The notes: a model not told the origin generated them from the letters alone. Counted from the stretch's first letter, positions 46,939 to 58,820 are shown. The stretch is 64,000 nucleotides of DNA from Vicinamibacteria bacterium (GCA_964291235.2 OZ219816.1:1120001-1184000); one strand, 5' to 3'. Program-made: numbers and translations.

Positions 46939-47865
46939 ATGGCCGGAAGAATCCTGGACGGAAAGAAGATCGGAGCGGCAATCCGCGCCGATGCCGCGGT
47001 GGCGGCTCGGGGATTCGCCCGCGGCGGACGCCCGCCGGGGCTGGCGGTGGTGCTGGTCGGTGACGACCCCGCCTCGGCGATCTATGTGCGGGGCAAGATC
47101 AAGGCTTCCAGGGAAGCGGGGATCTCTTCCGAAACTCATCGTCTGCCCGCCACCACCCAGGCGGCGGAACTGGCCGCGCTGCTGGACCGGCTGAACCGGA
47201 ACGATGCGGTGGACGCCATCCTGCTCCAGCTTCCCTTGCCGGGAGGACTCGATGCATCGGAGTTCCTGTCCCGGATTCGCCCGGACAAGGACGTGGACGG
47301 TTTCCACCCCGAGAACGTGGGTCGATTGATGGCGAATCTCCCGGGTCCGCGACCCTGCACGCCGGCCGGCATCATGGAGATGTTTCGCCGCGAAGGGATC
47401 GAGGTCCGGGGAGCACGCGCGGTCGTCGTGGGGCGGAGTGACATCGTCGGGAAGCCGCTGGCGCTGCTCCTGCTTCATCAGCACGCCACCGTTACCGTGT
47501 GCCATTCGCGAACGAGGGATCTTCCCGGAGTTTGCCGCGAGGCCGACATCCTCTGCACGGCAATCGGCCGGGCGGGGATGGTGGGGCGGGACGCCATTCG
47601 GGATGGCGCGGTGGTCGTGGATGTCGGGATGAACCGCGCGGTTAGCGAAGAGGAAGTCCGCGACTTCTTCGGCGAGGATGAGCGGCGGCTGGCCCGGTTC
47701 CGGAAGAACGGCTATACCCTGGTGGGGGACGTCCATCCCCTGGCGATGCGCGAACGGTCCTCGGCATACACCCCGGTTCCCGGCGGCGTGGGGCCGCTCA
47801 CCATTGCGATGCTGCTGGCGAACACCGTCGCGCTCGCCGTCGCTCGCCAGGCCGCCGGCGCTTAG
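46939..47865 (+). CDS. folD: Methylenetetrahydrofolate dehydrogenase/cyclohydrolase
   Basis: YVRGK, KDVDGFHP, PCTPAG, GRSDIVGKP, TPVPGGVGPLTIAML. Confidence 0.95.
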   Translation: MAGRILDGKKIGAAIRADAAVAARGFARGGRPPGLAVVLVGDDPASAIYVRGKIKASREAGISSETHRLPATTQAAELAALLDRLNRNDAVDAILLQLPLPGGLDASEFLSRIRPDKDVDGFHPENVGRLMANLPGPRPCTPAGIMEMFRREGIEVRGARAVVVGRSDIVGKPLALLLLHQHATVTVCHSRTRDLPGVCREADILCTAIGRAGMVGRDAIRDGAVVVDVGMNRAVSEEEVRDFFGEDERRLARFRKNGYTLVGDVHPLAMRERSSAYTPVPGGVGPLTIAMLLANTVALAVARQAAGA

Positions 47866-47869
47866 CCCA

Positions 47870-48478
47870 TTGCTGCGGATCGGACTTACCGGCGGGATCG
47901 CCTCGGGGAAGAGCACGGTTCGCCGGGTATTGGAGGCGAGCGGGATTCCCATGCTCGATGCAGACGCGTTGACGCACGAGTTCTTTGCACCGGGCGGCGA
48001 GCTGGTGGAGGAGATCGCCAGCCACTTCGGCGCGGACATCCTCGATCCGGAAGGTGGGATCCACCGGAAGACCCTCGGAGCCCGCGTCTTTGCCGACCCG
48101 GCGGAGCGGAAATGGCTGAACCAGGTGGTGCACCCGCGGATCTGGCAGCGGACCCGGGCCTTTCTGGAGCAAAACGAAGCCGAGGGGAAAGACGTCGCGG
48201 GCGTGGAAGCCGCCCTCATGGTCGAGACCGGCAGCGCTCGGAACTATGACCGGCTGGTGGTTGTCGTCTGCCGTCCGGAGCAGCAGTTCGAACGCCTCAC
48301 GGCGCGCCCCGGGATGAGCCCGGGGGAGGCGCGTCTGCGCCTCGCCGCGCAGATGGATCCCCTGGAGAAAGCCCGGCAGGCGGACGATCTGGTGGATGCT
48401 TCCGGAACCCTGGAGGAAACCGAAGCGGCGGCCGAAGCGCTGGCGGCGGCGCTCCTGGGGCGCGCCGCGGAAGCGTGA
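47870..48478 (+). CDS. coaE: Dephospho-CoA kinase
   Basis: IGLTGGIASGKSTV, DAD, HP.I, RLAAQM. Confidence 0.92.
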   Translation: MLRIGLTGGIASGKSTVRRVLEASGIPMLDADALTHEFFAPGGELVEEIASHFGADILDPEGGIHRKTLGARVFADPAERKWLNQVVHPRIWQRTRAFLEQNEAEGKDVAGVEAALMVETGSARNYDRLVVVVCRPEQQFERLTARPGMSPGEARLRLAAQMDPLEKARQADDLVDASGTLEETEAAAEALAAALLGRAAEA

Positions 48479-49081
48479 CTACCCCCAGAACCGGAACAAG
48501 GCGTCGTCGAGCAACCCCCGAGCCTCCAGGATCCGTTCGATTATCTGGCGGACCGCGCCGCGTCCACCCGGAGCGTCGGCCACGAAATGGACGCATTCCA
48601 GCACGGCCGGATGAGCGTCCGCGGGGGCCGCGGCGAATCCGGCCCGCCGAAGCGCCGGCAGGTCCTGCACGTCATCGCCGATAAAGGCAACCTGCGGCGC
48701 CCCGAGCCCGAAAGCCGCGCAGGCCTCATCGAAGGCCGGGCCCTTGTCGAAACAGCCCTCGCGGAGAAAGTCCAGGGAAAGTTCGGCGGCCCGCCCCTGC
48801 ACGCTCCCGGAGCGGCGGCCGGTGACGAAACCGAGGCGCAAGCCACTTTTCTTCGCCATCACCAGGCCCAACCCGTCTCGGGAATGGAACCGCTTACGTT
48901 CTGGAATCCCCGCACTCTCATCGCCGGGCTCGAACGTGCCGTCGGTCAGAACGCCGTCCACGTCGAGCAAAATGGCCTCGATCGCTGCTGCCCGACGGGA
49001 CACCGGATCGCCCCCGAAGGCGCTTTCGTCCGGTTCCGGCGAGCCAGAAGTGCCGGAACCGGCGCGGTCGCGGTTGGGCAC
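48479..49081 (-). CDS. kdsC: KDO 8-phosphate phosphatase (HAD family)
   Basis: LLDVDGVLTDG, RDGLG, GDDVQD, GGRGAVR. Confidence 0.88.
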   Translation of the reverse strand: MPNRDRAGSGTSGSPEPDESAFGGDPVSRRAAAIEAILLDVDGVLTDGTFEPGDESAGIPERKRFHSRDGLGLVMAKKSGLRLGFVTGRRSGSVQGRAAELSLDFLREGCFDKGPAFDEACAAFGLGAPQVAFIGDDVQDLPALRRAGFAAAPADAHPAVLECVHFVADAPGGRGAVRQIIERILEARGLLDDALFRFWG

Positions 49082-49107
49082 GGAAGATCGGCCCGGCCGG
49101 CGCCGGA

Positions 49108-50820
<1,713 letters not shown>

Positions 50821-51054
50821 TTACCAGACACGCCCCCGGTACGCCGCCGAAGGCGCGGGAACAAACAGGACCGGGATCCGGCGGGCGCCGGCCCCCGGGG
50901 ACCGCAGTTGCGCCCGGCGCTCGCAGGTGCGGCGGTTCCGATCCGGATCGAGCGTTGGCCGCACGTAGGCAACCTCCGGGCCACCAGCGGGTGTTTTTTC
51001 GGGGCGAAACAAGTTTGACAGGGATCCGGAAGAAATTTCGTCTGGTCTCTTGAG

Positions 51055-52179
51055 ATGCCCGACCCAATCTCCCCAGATGTGACCGCGGCGACGGATTCCC
51101 GAGCCGGGTTGCGCCGGCTGCTACAGCAACTGGTGAATCTCGGGGGAAGTGACCTGCATCTGAGCCCGGGGGCGATTCCACGCCTTCGGATCGATGGCAG
51201 GCTACGGCACGCGGGCGGCGAAGCGCCCCCCGCTGAGGCGGTGCAGGCGATGATCTCCGCGGGGATCGCGGATCGTCAACGCGACCTGCTGCGCCGGGAT
51301 GGAGAGGCCGACTACTCCTTCACCTTGACCGGCGTCGGCCGCTTCCGGGCGAGCGTCTTTCGCACCCGGGGCGCGCTCGCCGCGGTGTATCGGGTCGTCG
51401 CCACCGAGGTGCCTTCTCTCGAGGCGCTGGGGGCGCCTGCCAGCGTGTCGGGGCTCGCCCGCCTCGGATCCGGTCTGGTCCTCACTTCCGGACCGGTCGG
51501 CTCGGGAAAGTCCACGACCCTCGCAGCCGTCGTGGACCGCATCAACCGAACGCGGCCGGTCCACATCGTTACGGTCGAGGATCCGGTGGAGATCGTCCAC
51601 CCGAGTCGCCGGGCGCTGGTTACGCAGCGGCAGGTCGGTAGCGACACCGGTTCCTTCCATACGGCGCTCCGCTCCGTCTTGCGTTCGGATCCGGACGTGG
51701 TGGTAATCGGTGAAATCCGGGACCGGGAAACTGTCGATGCGGCCCTCCGGGTGAGCGAAACGGGGCACCTGGCATTGGCGACGATTCACGCCCGCTCCAC
51801 GCTTCACGCGCTGGCCCGAATCGTGGAGATGTTTCCGGCCTCGCAACATCGACAGGCAAGAGTCCGGCTGTCGGCGTCGCTCGAGACGATCTACTGCCAA
51901 CGACTGGTGCCGCGCGCCGACGGGCGTGGCCGTGTCCTCGCCGTTGAGCAGTTGACTCCAACGCCCGCCGCGCGCAACCTGATCCGCGAAGACAAGCTGC
52001 ACCAACTGTTTGCGGTGATGGATGCCGGGGCGGGGCGGGGAACGGCGGTAGCGCTGAACGACGCGCTCGCCTCCCTGTGCCGCCAGGGCGTCATAAGCCG
52101 CAGCGATGCGCTCGCCGCCTCAAATGAGCCCGCAAGCCTGGGGACGGCCCTGGGTGCGGCCACGAATGGACGCGGTTGA
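51055..52179 (+). CDS. pilT: Type IV pilus retraction ATPase PilT family
   Basis: SDLHL, GPVGSGKSTT, EDPVE, GEIRD, TGHLALATIH, RNLIRE. Confidence 0.9.
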   Translation: MPDPISPDVTAATDSRAGLRRLLQQLVNLGGSDLHLSPGAIPRLRIDGRLRHAGGEAPPAEAVQAMISAGIADRQRDLLRRDGEADYSFTLTGVGRFRASVFRTRGALAAVYRVVATEVPSLEALGAPASVSGLARLGSGLVLTSGPVGSGKSTTLAAVVDRINRTRPVHIVTVEDPVEIVHPSRRALVTQRQVGSDTGSFHTALRSVLRSDPDVVVIGEIRDRETVDAALRVSETGHLALATIHARSTLHALARIVEMFPASQHRQARVRLSASLETIYCQRLVPRADGRGRVLAVEQLTPTPAARNLIREDKLHQLFAVMDAGAGRGTAVALNDALASLCRQGVISRSDALAASNEPASLGTALGAATNGRG

Positions 52180-52185
52180 CGGACC

Positions 52186-53322
52186 GTGCCCCCGGCGAGT
52201 GCGCTCAGGTCGCGGGCGGGCAACCGAGAACGCGCCCGAGAATGGGCCGGTCGCCTTCGTGAATTTGCCTCCGCGCTGCTGCCGAATCCCGTCAGTCGGA
52301 GGAAGGTCGCGCAGTTCGTGCGCCAACTGGGGGTCATGGTGGGCGCCGGGCTGCCGCTCGCCGAGAGCCTTTCGGTCCTCCAGCGTCAGGAGGACAATCG
52401 GCGGCTCCAGGCGACGCTGGCGAGCATCGGCCGAGATGTGGAATCCGGCAGTTCGTTGGCAGCGGCGATGAGCCGTCACCCGCGCGTCTTCGGCCGCCTT
52501 GCGGTGGCCATGACCTCCATCGGAGAAACGGGAGGACGGCTTGACCAGAGCCTGCTGCGCCTGGCGGCCGAACTCGAAAAGGCGGCCGCGGTGACACAGC
52601 ACGTGCGGGGAGCTTTCGCGTACCCGGTGGTGGTCGGCGCTATCGGAGTGGCGGTTGTCTCCGTAATCCTGTGGCGCGTGGTTCCGGTGTTCAGCCAACT
52701 CTACGAAGGCCTCGACGCCGACCTCCCGCTTCTCACGCGCGTGGTCATCGAGGCCTCCCGGTCGTTCGAGTCCTGGTCGTTGCTGGGATTGCTTCTCCTG
52801 GCATCCGGGGTGGCAGCCATTACCCACCTGCGCCGGACCCGGACAGGCGGCGCCTGGTGCGATCGTCTGGCGCTCCATCTCCCGCTCTTCGGCGGGTTGC
52901 TGCGGGGGGCCGGCATTTCCCGCTTCTGCAGGACTCTTTCGGTGCTCACCGAGGCCGGAGTTCCGGTGCTCGAGGGCCTGGACATAGCCCGTCGCGCCGT
53001 GGGAAACGGCCATCTGGAAGCCGCAATCGCGGACGTTCGCTCGAGGGTGGAGGCGGGGTCCTCGCTCGCGCACCCCCTCCGTCAGACGGGGTTGTTTCCG
53101 CCCATGGTGGTGCAGATGGTGGCGGTGGGGGAACGCACCGGTGAACTCGATACTTCGCTGGAGAAAGTCGCCGACTTCTATGAGGAGGAAGTGAAGCGAA
53201 CGACCGCAACAATCCTGCCTCTCATCGAACCTCTGCTGATTCTCGTGCTGGGGCTGGTAATCGGAGCCATCGTGATCGCCATGTACCTCCCCATCTGGAC
53301 TCTCGTCGGTCACCTGGCGTGA
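52186..53322 (+). CDS. pilC: Type IV pilus platform protein (PilC/GspF family)
   Basis: FVRQLGVMVGAGLPL, GETGG.LD, AFAYP, MVAVGERTGELD, IEPLLI, AMYLPI. Confidence 0.92.
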   Translation: MPPASALRSRAGNRERAREWAGRLREFASALLPNPVSRRKVAQFVRQLGVMVGAGLPLAESLSVLQRQEDNRRLQATLASIGRDVESGSSLAAAMSRHPRVFGRLAVAMTSIGETGGRLDQSLLRLAAELEKAAAVTQHVRGAFAYPVVVGAIGVAVVSVILWRVVPVFSQLYEGLDADLPLLTRVVIEASRSFESWSLLGLLLLASGVAAITHLRRTRTGGAWCDRLALHLPLFGGLLRGAGISRFCRTLSVLTEAGVPVLEGLDIARRAVGNGHLEAAIADVRSRVEAGSSLAHPLRQTGLFPPMVVQMVAVGERTGELDTSLEKVADFYEEEVKRTTATILPLIEPLLILVLGLVIGAIVIAMYLPIWTLVGHLA

Positions 53323-53418
53323 TCAGTGACCATCTCTCTCCGCGCCCCAGCGCGATCTCGCGTCCGCCATCCCCGGCGCCGCGTCGCACCCCACCCCTCC
53401 AAGGAGGACTATCCTTCC

Positions 53419-54078
53419 ATGCACCTCACCGACGCGCGCAGCCCGGTCCAAGACTTCCCGATGAAGGAGCCCCTGAGCAGTACCGCCGCCTGTCGGGCGA
53501 GGAGCGCGGGGGGACCCGCCCGAGGCGACCGCCCCGGCGCTCGGTCTGCGGGCTTCACCCTGATCGAACTCCTGATCGTGATTGCGATCATCGGGGTGAT
53601 TGCCGGGATTGCCATTCCCCAGTTGTTGCGCGCGCGCCTGTCCGCGAACGAAGCCCAGGCGATTGGAGATTCCCGGGCGGTGATTGCCGCGCAGCAGACA
53701 TACGCCGCATCCAACTGTGGATTCTTTGCCGACCTCACGAATCTCTGCCGGAACGGGGCCGATTGCGGGGGCGAGATCGGTATTCCGCAATATCCGGGCA
53801 CCGCTCCGGAGTTCATCGGAGCCGATCTCGGGCGGACGAGTCCCTACGTGAAAGCGGGATACACCCGCACCCTCGCCGCCAACGGGACCCCGACTTCCAT
53901 ACCGGCCCATTGCGACCCTGACAGCCTGCTCGACTACTGCTATCACTCGGAACCGGCGGACGTCGGGCGGACGGGGGTCAGGTCCTTTTCGGCCACCAGC
54001 GCCGGAGCGATCTACAACGATCCTTCGGGAACGGCGATCGCGTGTCCGGTGCCCGCGGACACCGCCTTTCTCGAATAG
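53419..54078 (+). CDS. pilA: Type IV major pilin
   Basis: Class III signal G|FTLIELLIVIAIIGVIAGIAIP; AAGGAGG ribosome-binding site before ATG 53419 (alternative ATG 53461). Confidence 0.88.
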   Translation: MHLTDARSPVQDFPMKEPLSSTAACRARSAGGPARGDRPGARSAGFTLIELLIVIAIIGVIAGIAIPQLLRARLSANEAQAIGDSRAVIAAQQTYAASNCGFFADLTNLCRNGADCGGEIGIPQYPGTAPEFIGADLGRTSPYVKAGYTRTLAANGTPTSIPAHCDPDSLLDYCYHSEPADVGRTGVRSFSATSAGAIYNDPSGTAIACPVPADTAFLE

Positions 54079-54094
54079 AGCGGCACGGACAGCC

Positions 54095-54853
54095 TTGGAG
54101 ATTCGCGCCCGCTCGCTGACCTGTTCGTATCCATCGCCCGGGCTTTCGGGCATGACGTTCGGGCGCCGGACCGCCGTCCGGAATATCAGTTTCGAAGTGG
54201 CGTCGGGCGAAGTAGTGGCGCTGGTCGGGAAGAACGGTTCGGGGAAATCCACCACCTTGCGCCTCCTGGCCGGCGTGTTGGCCGCTGATTCGGGTGAAGC
54301 CCTGATCGAGGGCATCCCGGCGACGCGCCGCGAAGCGCGGCGCTACCTGGGATACGTGGCGGAAGAAGACGACTTCCCGATGGGACTGACGGTGCGGGCG
54401 GTGCTTCACTATGCTGCAGTTCTCTCCGGGCGCCGCGGCGCCGAAGCGCGCCGGGACGCGAGGCTCGCCGCCGAGTCCACTGGCCTGGAGGAGTGGTGGG
54501 GTGCCCTGGTGGCGCGCTGCTCGCGCGGTGTCCGGCGGCGGGTTTCGCTCGCTCAGGCCCTGGTCGGCTCCCCTCGGGCACTGGTTCTCGATGAGCCGTT
54601 TACCGGACTCGATCCCGAGGCTCGCGCGGTGTCTTTGGGCGCCGTCCGCCGCGCGGCGGAGCGCGGGGCGGCCGTGGTGGTGAGCCTCCACGAGGCACGG
54701 GCCATCGAATCGCTCGCCGAGCGCCTCATCGTTCTGGCGGATGGCGGGGTAATCGCGTCCGGCGGGCTCGCGAACTTTGGGGTGAGCGGTGCGAGCGCGG
54801 CGCAAAACGGCGGCGGAGACTGGCTCGCCGCTGCGATTCGCCAGACAGCCTAG
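54095..54853 (+). CDS. ABC transporter ATP-binding protein (Myxococcus PilH-like)
   Basis: GKNGSGKST, degenerate signature CSRGV, LDEPFTGLDP, SLH. Confidence 0.88.
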   Translation: MEIRARSLTCSYPSPGLSGMTFGRRTAVRNISFEVASGEVVALVGKNGSGKSTTLRLLAGVLAADSGEALIEGIPATRREARRYLGYVAEEDDFPMGLTVRAVLHYAAVLSGRRGAEARRDARLAAESTGLEEWWGALVARCSRGVRRRVSLAQALVGSPRALVLDEPFTGLDPEARAVSLGAVRRAAERGAAVVVSLHEARAIESLAERLIVLADGGVIASGGLANFGVSGASAAQNGGGDWLAAAIRQTA

Positions 54854-54860
54854 GCGGCCG

Positions 54861-55688
54861 GTGAAGCACGTTCCGGAGCCTCGACCCGCTACTGCAGGGG
54901 CCTCGCTCGTGCCCATCGCATCCCTGGTGGCAACGGCGGCCGTCGCGTTCCGCGGATTCCGCTCCGATCGGAGCCTGCTGGCCGCGGTAGCGTTGGTGAT
55001 CGCGTGCTTCGGCGTCGGATTGGCGCTGGGGGATGCCTCGCTCGGTCACGAGGGCCGTCTCGAAATGGACATCGGGTGGGCCGTGGCGGAAGTCCTGGGC
55101 TGGTGCCTGGCGCTGGCCCACGGAGGCGGACTTGCGGGCTACCCAGGTGTCCTGGGGTCGGCCATCCTGGCGAAGCCGGTCGGGGCGGGGACGTTGCTGG
55201 GCGGGCGGTTCGTCGGTCTTGCCGCTGGTCTGTTCCTCTACGCAGCCACCACCACGACGCTGCTGCTGGTCTGGTCGTCCGTCCTGTCCGGGGGGGCGTG
55301 GGTCGCCGTTCTCGGCGCGGGCTGGCTGTTGTGGCTGCGCCTCGTGGTGGTCCTCGCGGTCTCCACCGTCCTGCTCGCTCTCGCCCGGCCCCCGGTGGCC
55401 ACCCCACTCGCCGCGGTTGCCTGTGTCGCCGGATGGCTCGTCGGCCGATTTCCCGTGGGCCCGGGGCCGCTTCCGCTCCGCCCGCTATCGGCTGTTGCGG
55501 CTTTCGTCCTGCCGGACCTGTCGGTGCTCGACCCTTGGGTGCCGGGGCTGCCGGAGCGGCTGGCGGACGCGGCGCTCGTGTTGGCTCGTCCCACGCTGTA
55601 CGGACTCTTCTACGCCGCCGCGATGGGCGTGGGAGCGAGCGCCATTTTCCGCTGGCGGGCGCGCCGCCCGGCGGCGCGGGGTTCCTGA
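54861..55688 (+). CDS. ABC-2 type permease-like membrane protein (PilI-like)
   Basis: About 6 TM helices; ILAKPV...LLGGRFVG; LPDL; follows the ABC ATPase. Confidence 0.75.
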   Translation: MKHVPEPRPATAGASLVPIASLVATAAVAFRGFRSDRSLLAAVALVIACFGVGLALGDASLGHEGRLEMDIGWAVAEVLGWCLALAHGGGLAGYPGVLGSAILAKPVGAGTLLGGRFVGLAAGLFLYAATTTTLLLVWSSVLSGGAWVAVLGAGWLLWLRLVVVLAVSTVLLALARPPVATPLAAVACVAGWLVGRFPVGPGPLPLRPLSAVAAFVLPDLSVLDPWVPGLPERLADAALVLARPTLYGLFYAAAMGVGASAIFRWRARRPAARGS

Positions 55689-55690
55689 GA

Positions 55691-56597
55691 GTGCCAGGAC
55701 GCCCCCGCGCCTTCCCGACTCTCCGGCGTTCCGGCGCCGGCGGGATCGCCGGGGCGGGCCTGTCGCTGATCTGCCTCCTGGCGGCAGCCCTGATCCGACC
55801 TGACGCGCCGCCCGCCCCGGCGTCCGCGCCCCTGTTCTCAGGGGCTCGCCTGAGCGAGGCGGCGATCCAGGCGCTCCCCTCGGGAATCCGGAGATTGCTG
55901 GCCGATGCCTCGTGGATTGCCGCGGTCCAGTACTACGGGAACCGAAGACTCGAGGGCGTAACGGGTTTCGAGCACCTGGGCGCGTTCATCGAGGGCGCGT
56001 TGCGGCTGGACCCGGGACTCCGTCCTGCCGCACTCGTGGGACCTCTCCTGCTGGCGGAATCACCGCCACTCGGGGCGGGGGAGCCGGAGCGGGCTGACAG
56101 CGTCCTGGCCGAGTGGTTGAGACGGCATCCAGATGACTTCGACGCGGTGCTGCTCCGGGGGCTCCTGCACCACTGGCACCTCGACGACCCGGAGGAGGGC
56201 GCCCGCATCCTCGCGGCTGGCGAGCGCCCGGGAAGCGGCGCCTCCCTGGTTGACGGCGTTGGCAGCCCGTTCGCTGGTCAGCAGCGGCGCCCGGGAAGCC
56301 GCCCGAGGGCTCTGGCGCACGCTGGCGTCACGGGCGGACGACGGCCGCACGCGAGCGAACGCCCGCACTCATCTCCTGCAGATCGACGCCCTCGATCGTC
56401 TGGATGCACTCACGGCGCTGGTCCGCGATTACGAACAGATCCGCGGACGCCGCCCGAGCGGTTGGAGCGAACTCGTAGCGGCCGGCGTCCTGCGGGAGGC
56501 GCCGCTTGACCCGGCTGGCGTTCCCTTCGTCTGGGACGAAGAGGGGTTGCCGCGGATTGCGCCGATGTCGCCGCTGGCGGGCTATCCCGGGCGCTGA
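55691..56597 (+). pseudogene. TPR-like pilin-associated protein (PilG-like), frameshifted near 56219 (or sequencing error)
   Basis: One frame gives LLADASWIAAVQYYG...LDP...EEGARILAA; the sequence continues in the next frame SAREAAPPWLTALAA...LDPAGVPF. Confidence 0.65.
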
Positions 56598-56603
56598 TCC
56601 GGT

Positions 56604-57377
56604 ATGGGCGCCGAGTCCGGGTCTGGCGGGCTGTTTCTTCCGGGCTTCCTCTTCGTTCTCGGGCTCGCCGCCGGGAGTTTTTTCAATGTCTTGATTCATC
56701 GTCTCCCGGCACGGGAGTCGGTGGTCTTGCCGAGATCGCGATGCCCGGTGTGCGCTTCGCCGATTCGGGTTCGGGACAACGTCCCGGTGCTGTCCTGGCT
56801 CTGGCTGCGCGGACGCTGCCGGGACTGCCGAACCCCGATATCAATCCGCTATCCGTTCGTCGAAGTGCTGGCGGGGCTCTTGTTTGTCTTGGCGCCGGAA
56901 GGGGGCAGTCCCGCGTTGATCGCTTCCCGGTTGGTCTTCGGAAGTCTGCTCCTGATTCTGGCGTTCACGGATTGGGAGACCATGGTGTTGCCGGACTGCC
57001 TCACTCTTCCGGGGGCGGCGGCCGGCCTGCTGCTCGCGGCACCGCGCTCCGATCTGGATATCTGGGGCTCGCTCAGCGGCGCCCTGCTGGGCGCGGGGCT
57101 GCTTTTTTGCCTGCGGGCGCTGTGGCTCCGTTTCCGGGGTGTTGAGGCGGTTGGTCTGGGAGACGTCAAGTTCCTCCTGATGATCGGCAGCTTCCTCGGG
57201 CCGCTCCCCACTCTGGGGGCGATCGCGCTGGCGGCAGGGGTTGGCGTCCTGTTGGCGGGGCCACTACTGCTGCTCGGAAGAATCCGGCGCGACACCCCCT
57301 TGCCGTTCGGCACCCTCCTGGCCCTTGGAGCGGCTGTCGCTTTCCTGCTGTCGGTTGGCCCGCCCGCCTGGAGCTGA
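56604..57377 (+). CDS. pilD: Prepilin peptidase
   Basis: GSFFNVLIHRLP, CPVC, NVPVLSWLWLRGRCRDC, TD..LPD, GLGDVK, LPFG. Confidence 0.93.
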   Translation: MGAESGSGGLFLPGFLFVLGLAAGSFFNVLIHRLPARESVVLPRSRCPVCASPIRVRDNVPVLSWLWLRGRCRDCRTPISIRYPFVEVLAGLLFVLAPEGGSPALIASRLVFGSLLLILAFTDWETMVLPDCLTLPGAAAGLLLAAPRSDLDIWGSLSGALLGAGLLFCLRALWLRFRGVEAVGLGDVKFLLMIGSFLGPLPTLGAIALAAGVGVLLAGPLLLLGRIRRDTPLPFGTLLALGAAVAFLLSVGPPAWS

Positions 57378-57413
57378 GCGGACGGACCTCTGCGGCCGGT
57401 TCCGCTCTTCGCT

Positions 57414-57468
57414 TCGACTTTTCCACAATCGGCTTCCACGCGGGACAAAAACAACGCGATTTCCGTCT
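57414..57468 (+). promoter_or_regulatory. Conserved motif upstream of the minor pilin operon (copy 2)
   Basis: TCGACTTTTCCACAAT..GGGA..TTTCCGTCT, with the same spacing as at 39623-39677. Confidence 0.5.
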
Positions 57469-57491
57469 CTTCCCTTGGTAACGGAAGAAAG

Positions 57492-58001
57492 ATGGATCAC
57501 CGCCCTGTGCCTACCCGCGTGGCCCGGCGGCCGCCGAGCGATGGGTTCTCGCTCGTCGAGACGCTCTTCGCCGTCCTGCTGCTGGTAGTCGCGGGCGGAG
57601 GTCTCCTCCGGGCCATCGCGCACGCCTCCGAGGCCCGGCGAAGCGCCGCCCAGACCGGGCTCGCGACCGCAATCGCCCGGGCGCAGCTGGAGCGTCTGGT
57701 CGCGGCGCCGTTCTTCCGGGGCTGGCCGTGGCCGGGGTATCACCCGGCGGTGGCCCCGGGCGGCAGCGTGGAACTCGGAGACGCCGGCGCGCCGGGGTAT
57801 TTCGAGCGCTTCGGCCCGGACGGCGAGCCCGCGGACCGGGGGGCGGCCCAGTACGAGGTTCGTTGGAGGATCCGGGAGCTGGCGCCGCCCGGAAACGACC
57901 GGCTGGCCAGCCTCCTCATCGAGGTCGTGGCGCTACCGGTGTCCGGCGGACGCGGTTCGGTGGTCCGTTTGGAGTCAGTTCGGGTGGCAAACCGTGAATA
58001 G
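57492..58001 (+). CDS. Minor pilin PilV-like
   Basis: G|FSLVETLFAVLLL class III signal; AIARAQLERL. Confidence 0.8.
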   Translation: MDHRPVPTRVARRPPSDGFSLVETLFAVLLLVVAGGGLLRAIAHASEARRSAAQTGLATAIARAQLERLVAAPFFRGWPWPGYHPAVAPGGSVELGDAGAPGYFERFGPDGEPADRGAAQYEVRWRIRELAPPGNDRLASLLIEVVALPVSGGRGSVVRLESVRVANRE

Positions 58002-58785
58002 CTCGCGCCTGGCGCCGCTGAGGCGCCATGCCGGTGAGCGAGGGATTGCGCTCGTGCTCGCGCTGCTCCTCCTGCTCGCACTCGCCGGTATGGGGGCAGT
58101 GATCCTGTTTTCCGTCGGAACCGACGGCGTCGTGGCGCGTAACGAAGCCTGGAGCGAGATGGCGGCGGCGCAGGCCGAGGCCGGTCTCGAGTACGCGAAG
58201 GCGGTGCTCGCCGAACATGTTGAAGGGCACGACACCTTCGAAACCGCCCTGCCGCCGGTTCGTCCCACGATCCGTGCCGACGAAGGGGAGCCCTGGGGCA
58301 GAGCGCTGCCTCGCGATAGCGCCGCGTGTAGCGATCCGGAGGCAGCGGGTTGCCGCGACTACGAGGTGTTTCGGGATGAGCCGATGGCGGGCGGAATGGC
58401 GCGGGTATATGTGGGTCGGGTTCTCCGGGACCTGAGCGGGCGGGCACTGCTGTTCGATCCGCGGAGCCCGCGCTCCGGCTGGGCGCCGGACCTGGACGGT
58501 GACGGCACCCCCGAACTTGCCGGGGTCACGGTTTGGATTCGGCGTCCCATCGTGGGCGCCGGGGACGCCGGCGCCCCCCACGATCGCGCGGTGCTGACGG
58601 CGGAAGCACGGCACCCGCCACCTGCCGACGCGGCGGACCCGCACGCCGTGAGCCGCCTGGAAATGACGGTCCGGCTCGCCCGGCGTCCCGGGAGCGTGGA
58701 CCCGGGGGACGAGGACTACAGCGACGGATTGACGAATTGGGCCCGCCGGCGCACGACCGAGGGCGACCGGGGGACGTTCCGTTGA
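57994..58785 (+). CDS. Minor pilin PilX-like
   Basis: ERG|IALVLALLLL without Glu5; AEAGLEYA. Confidence 0.8.
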   Translation: MNSSRLAPLRRHAGERGIALVLALLLLLALAGMGAVILFSVGTDGVVARNEAWSEMAAAQAEAGLEYAKAVLAEHVEGHDTFETALPPVRPTIRADEGEPWGRALPRDSAACSDPEAAGCRDYEVFRDEPMAGGMARVYVGRVLRDLSGRALLFDPRSPRSGWAPDLDGDGTPELAGVTVWIRRPIVGAGDAGAPHDRAVLTAEARHPPPADAADPHAVSRLEMTVRLARRPGSVDPGDEDYSDGLTNWARRRTTEGDRGTFR

Positions 58786-58820
58786 TTCGGTGCAGCGACT
58801 GCCCCGGGAGGAGGAATCCC

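Noticed and set aside
51015-51048. TTGACA upstream of pilT and partial similarity to the pilM/pilV motif
   Set aside because: No convincing -10 box at 17 nt, no TTTTCCACA, and different spacing.
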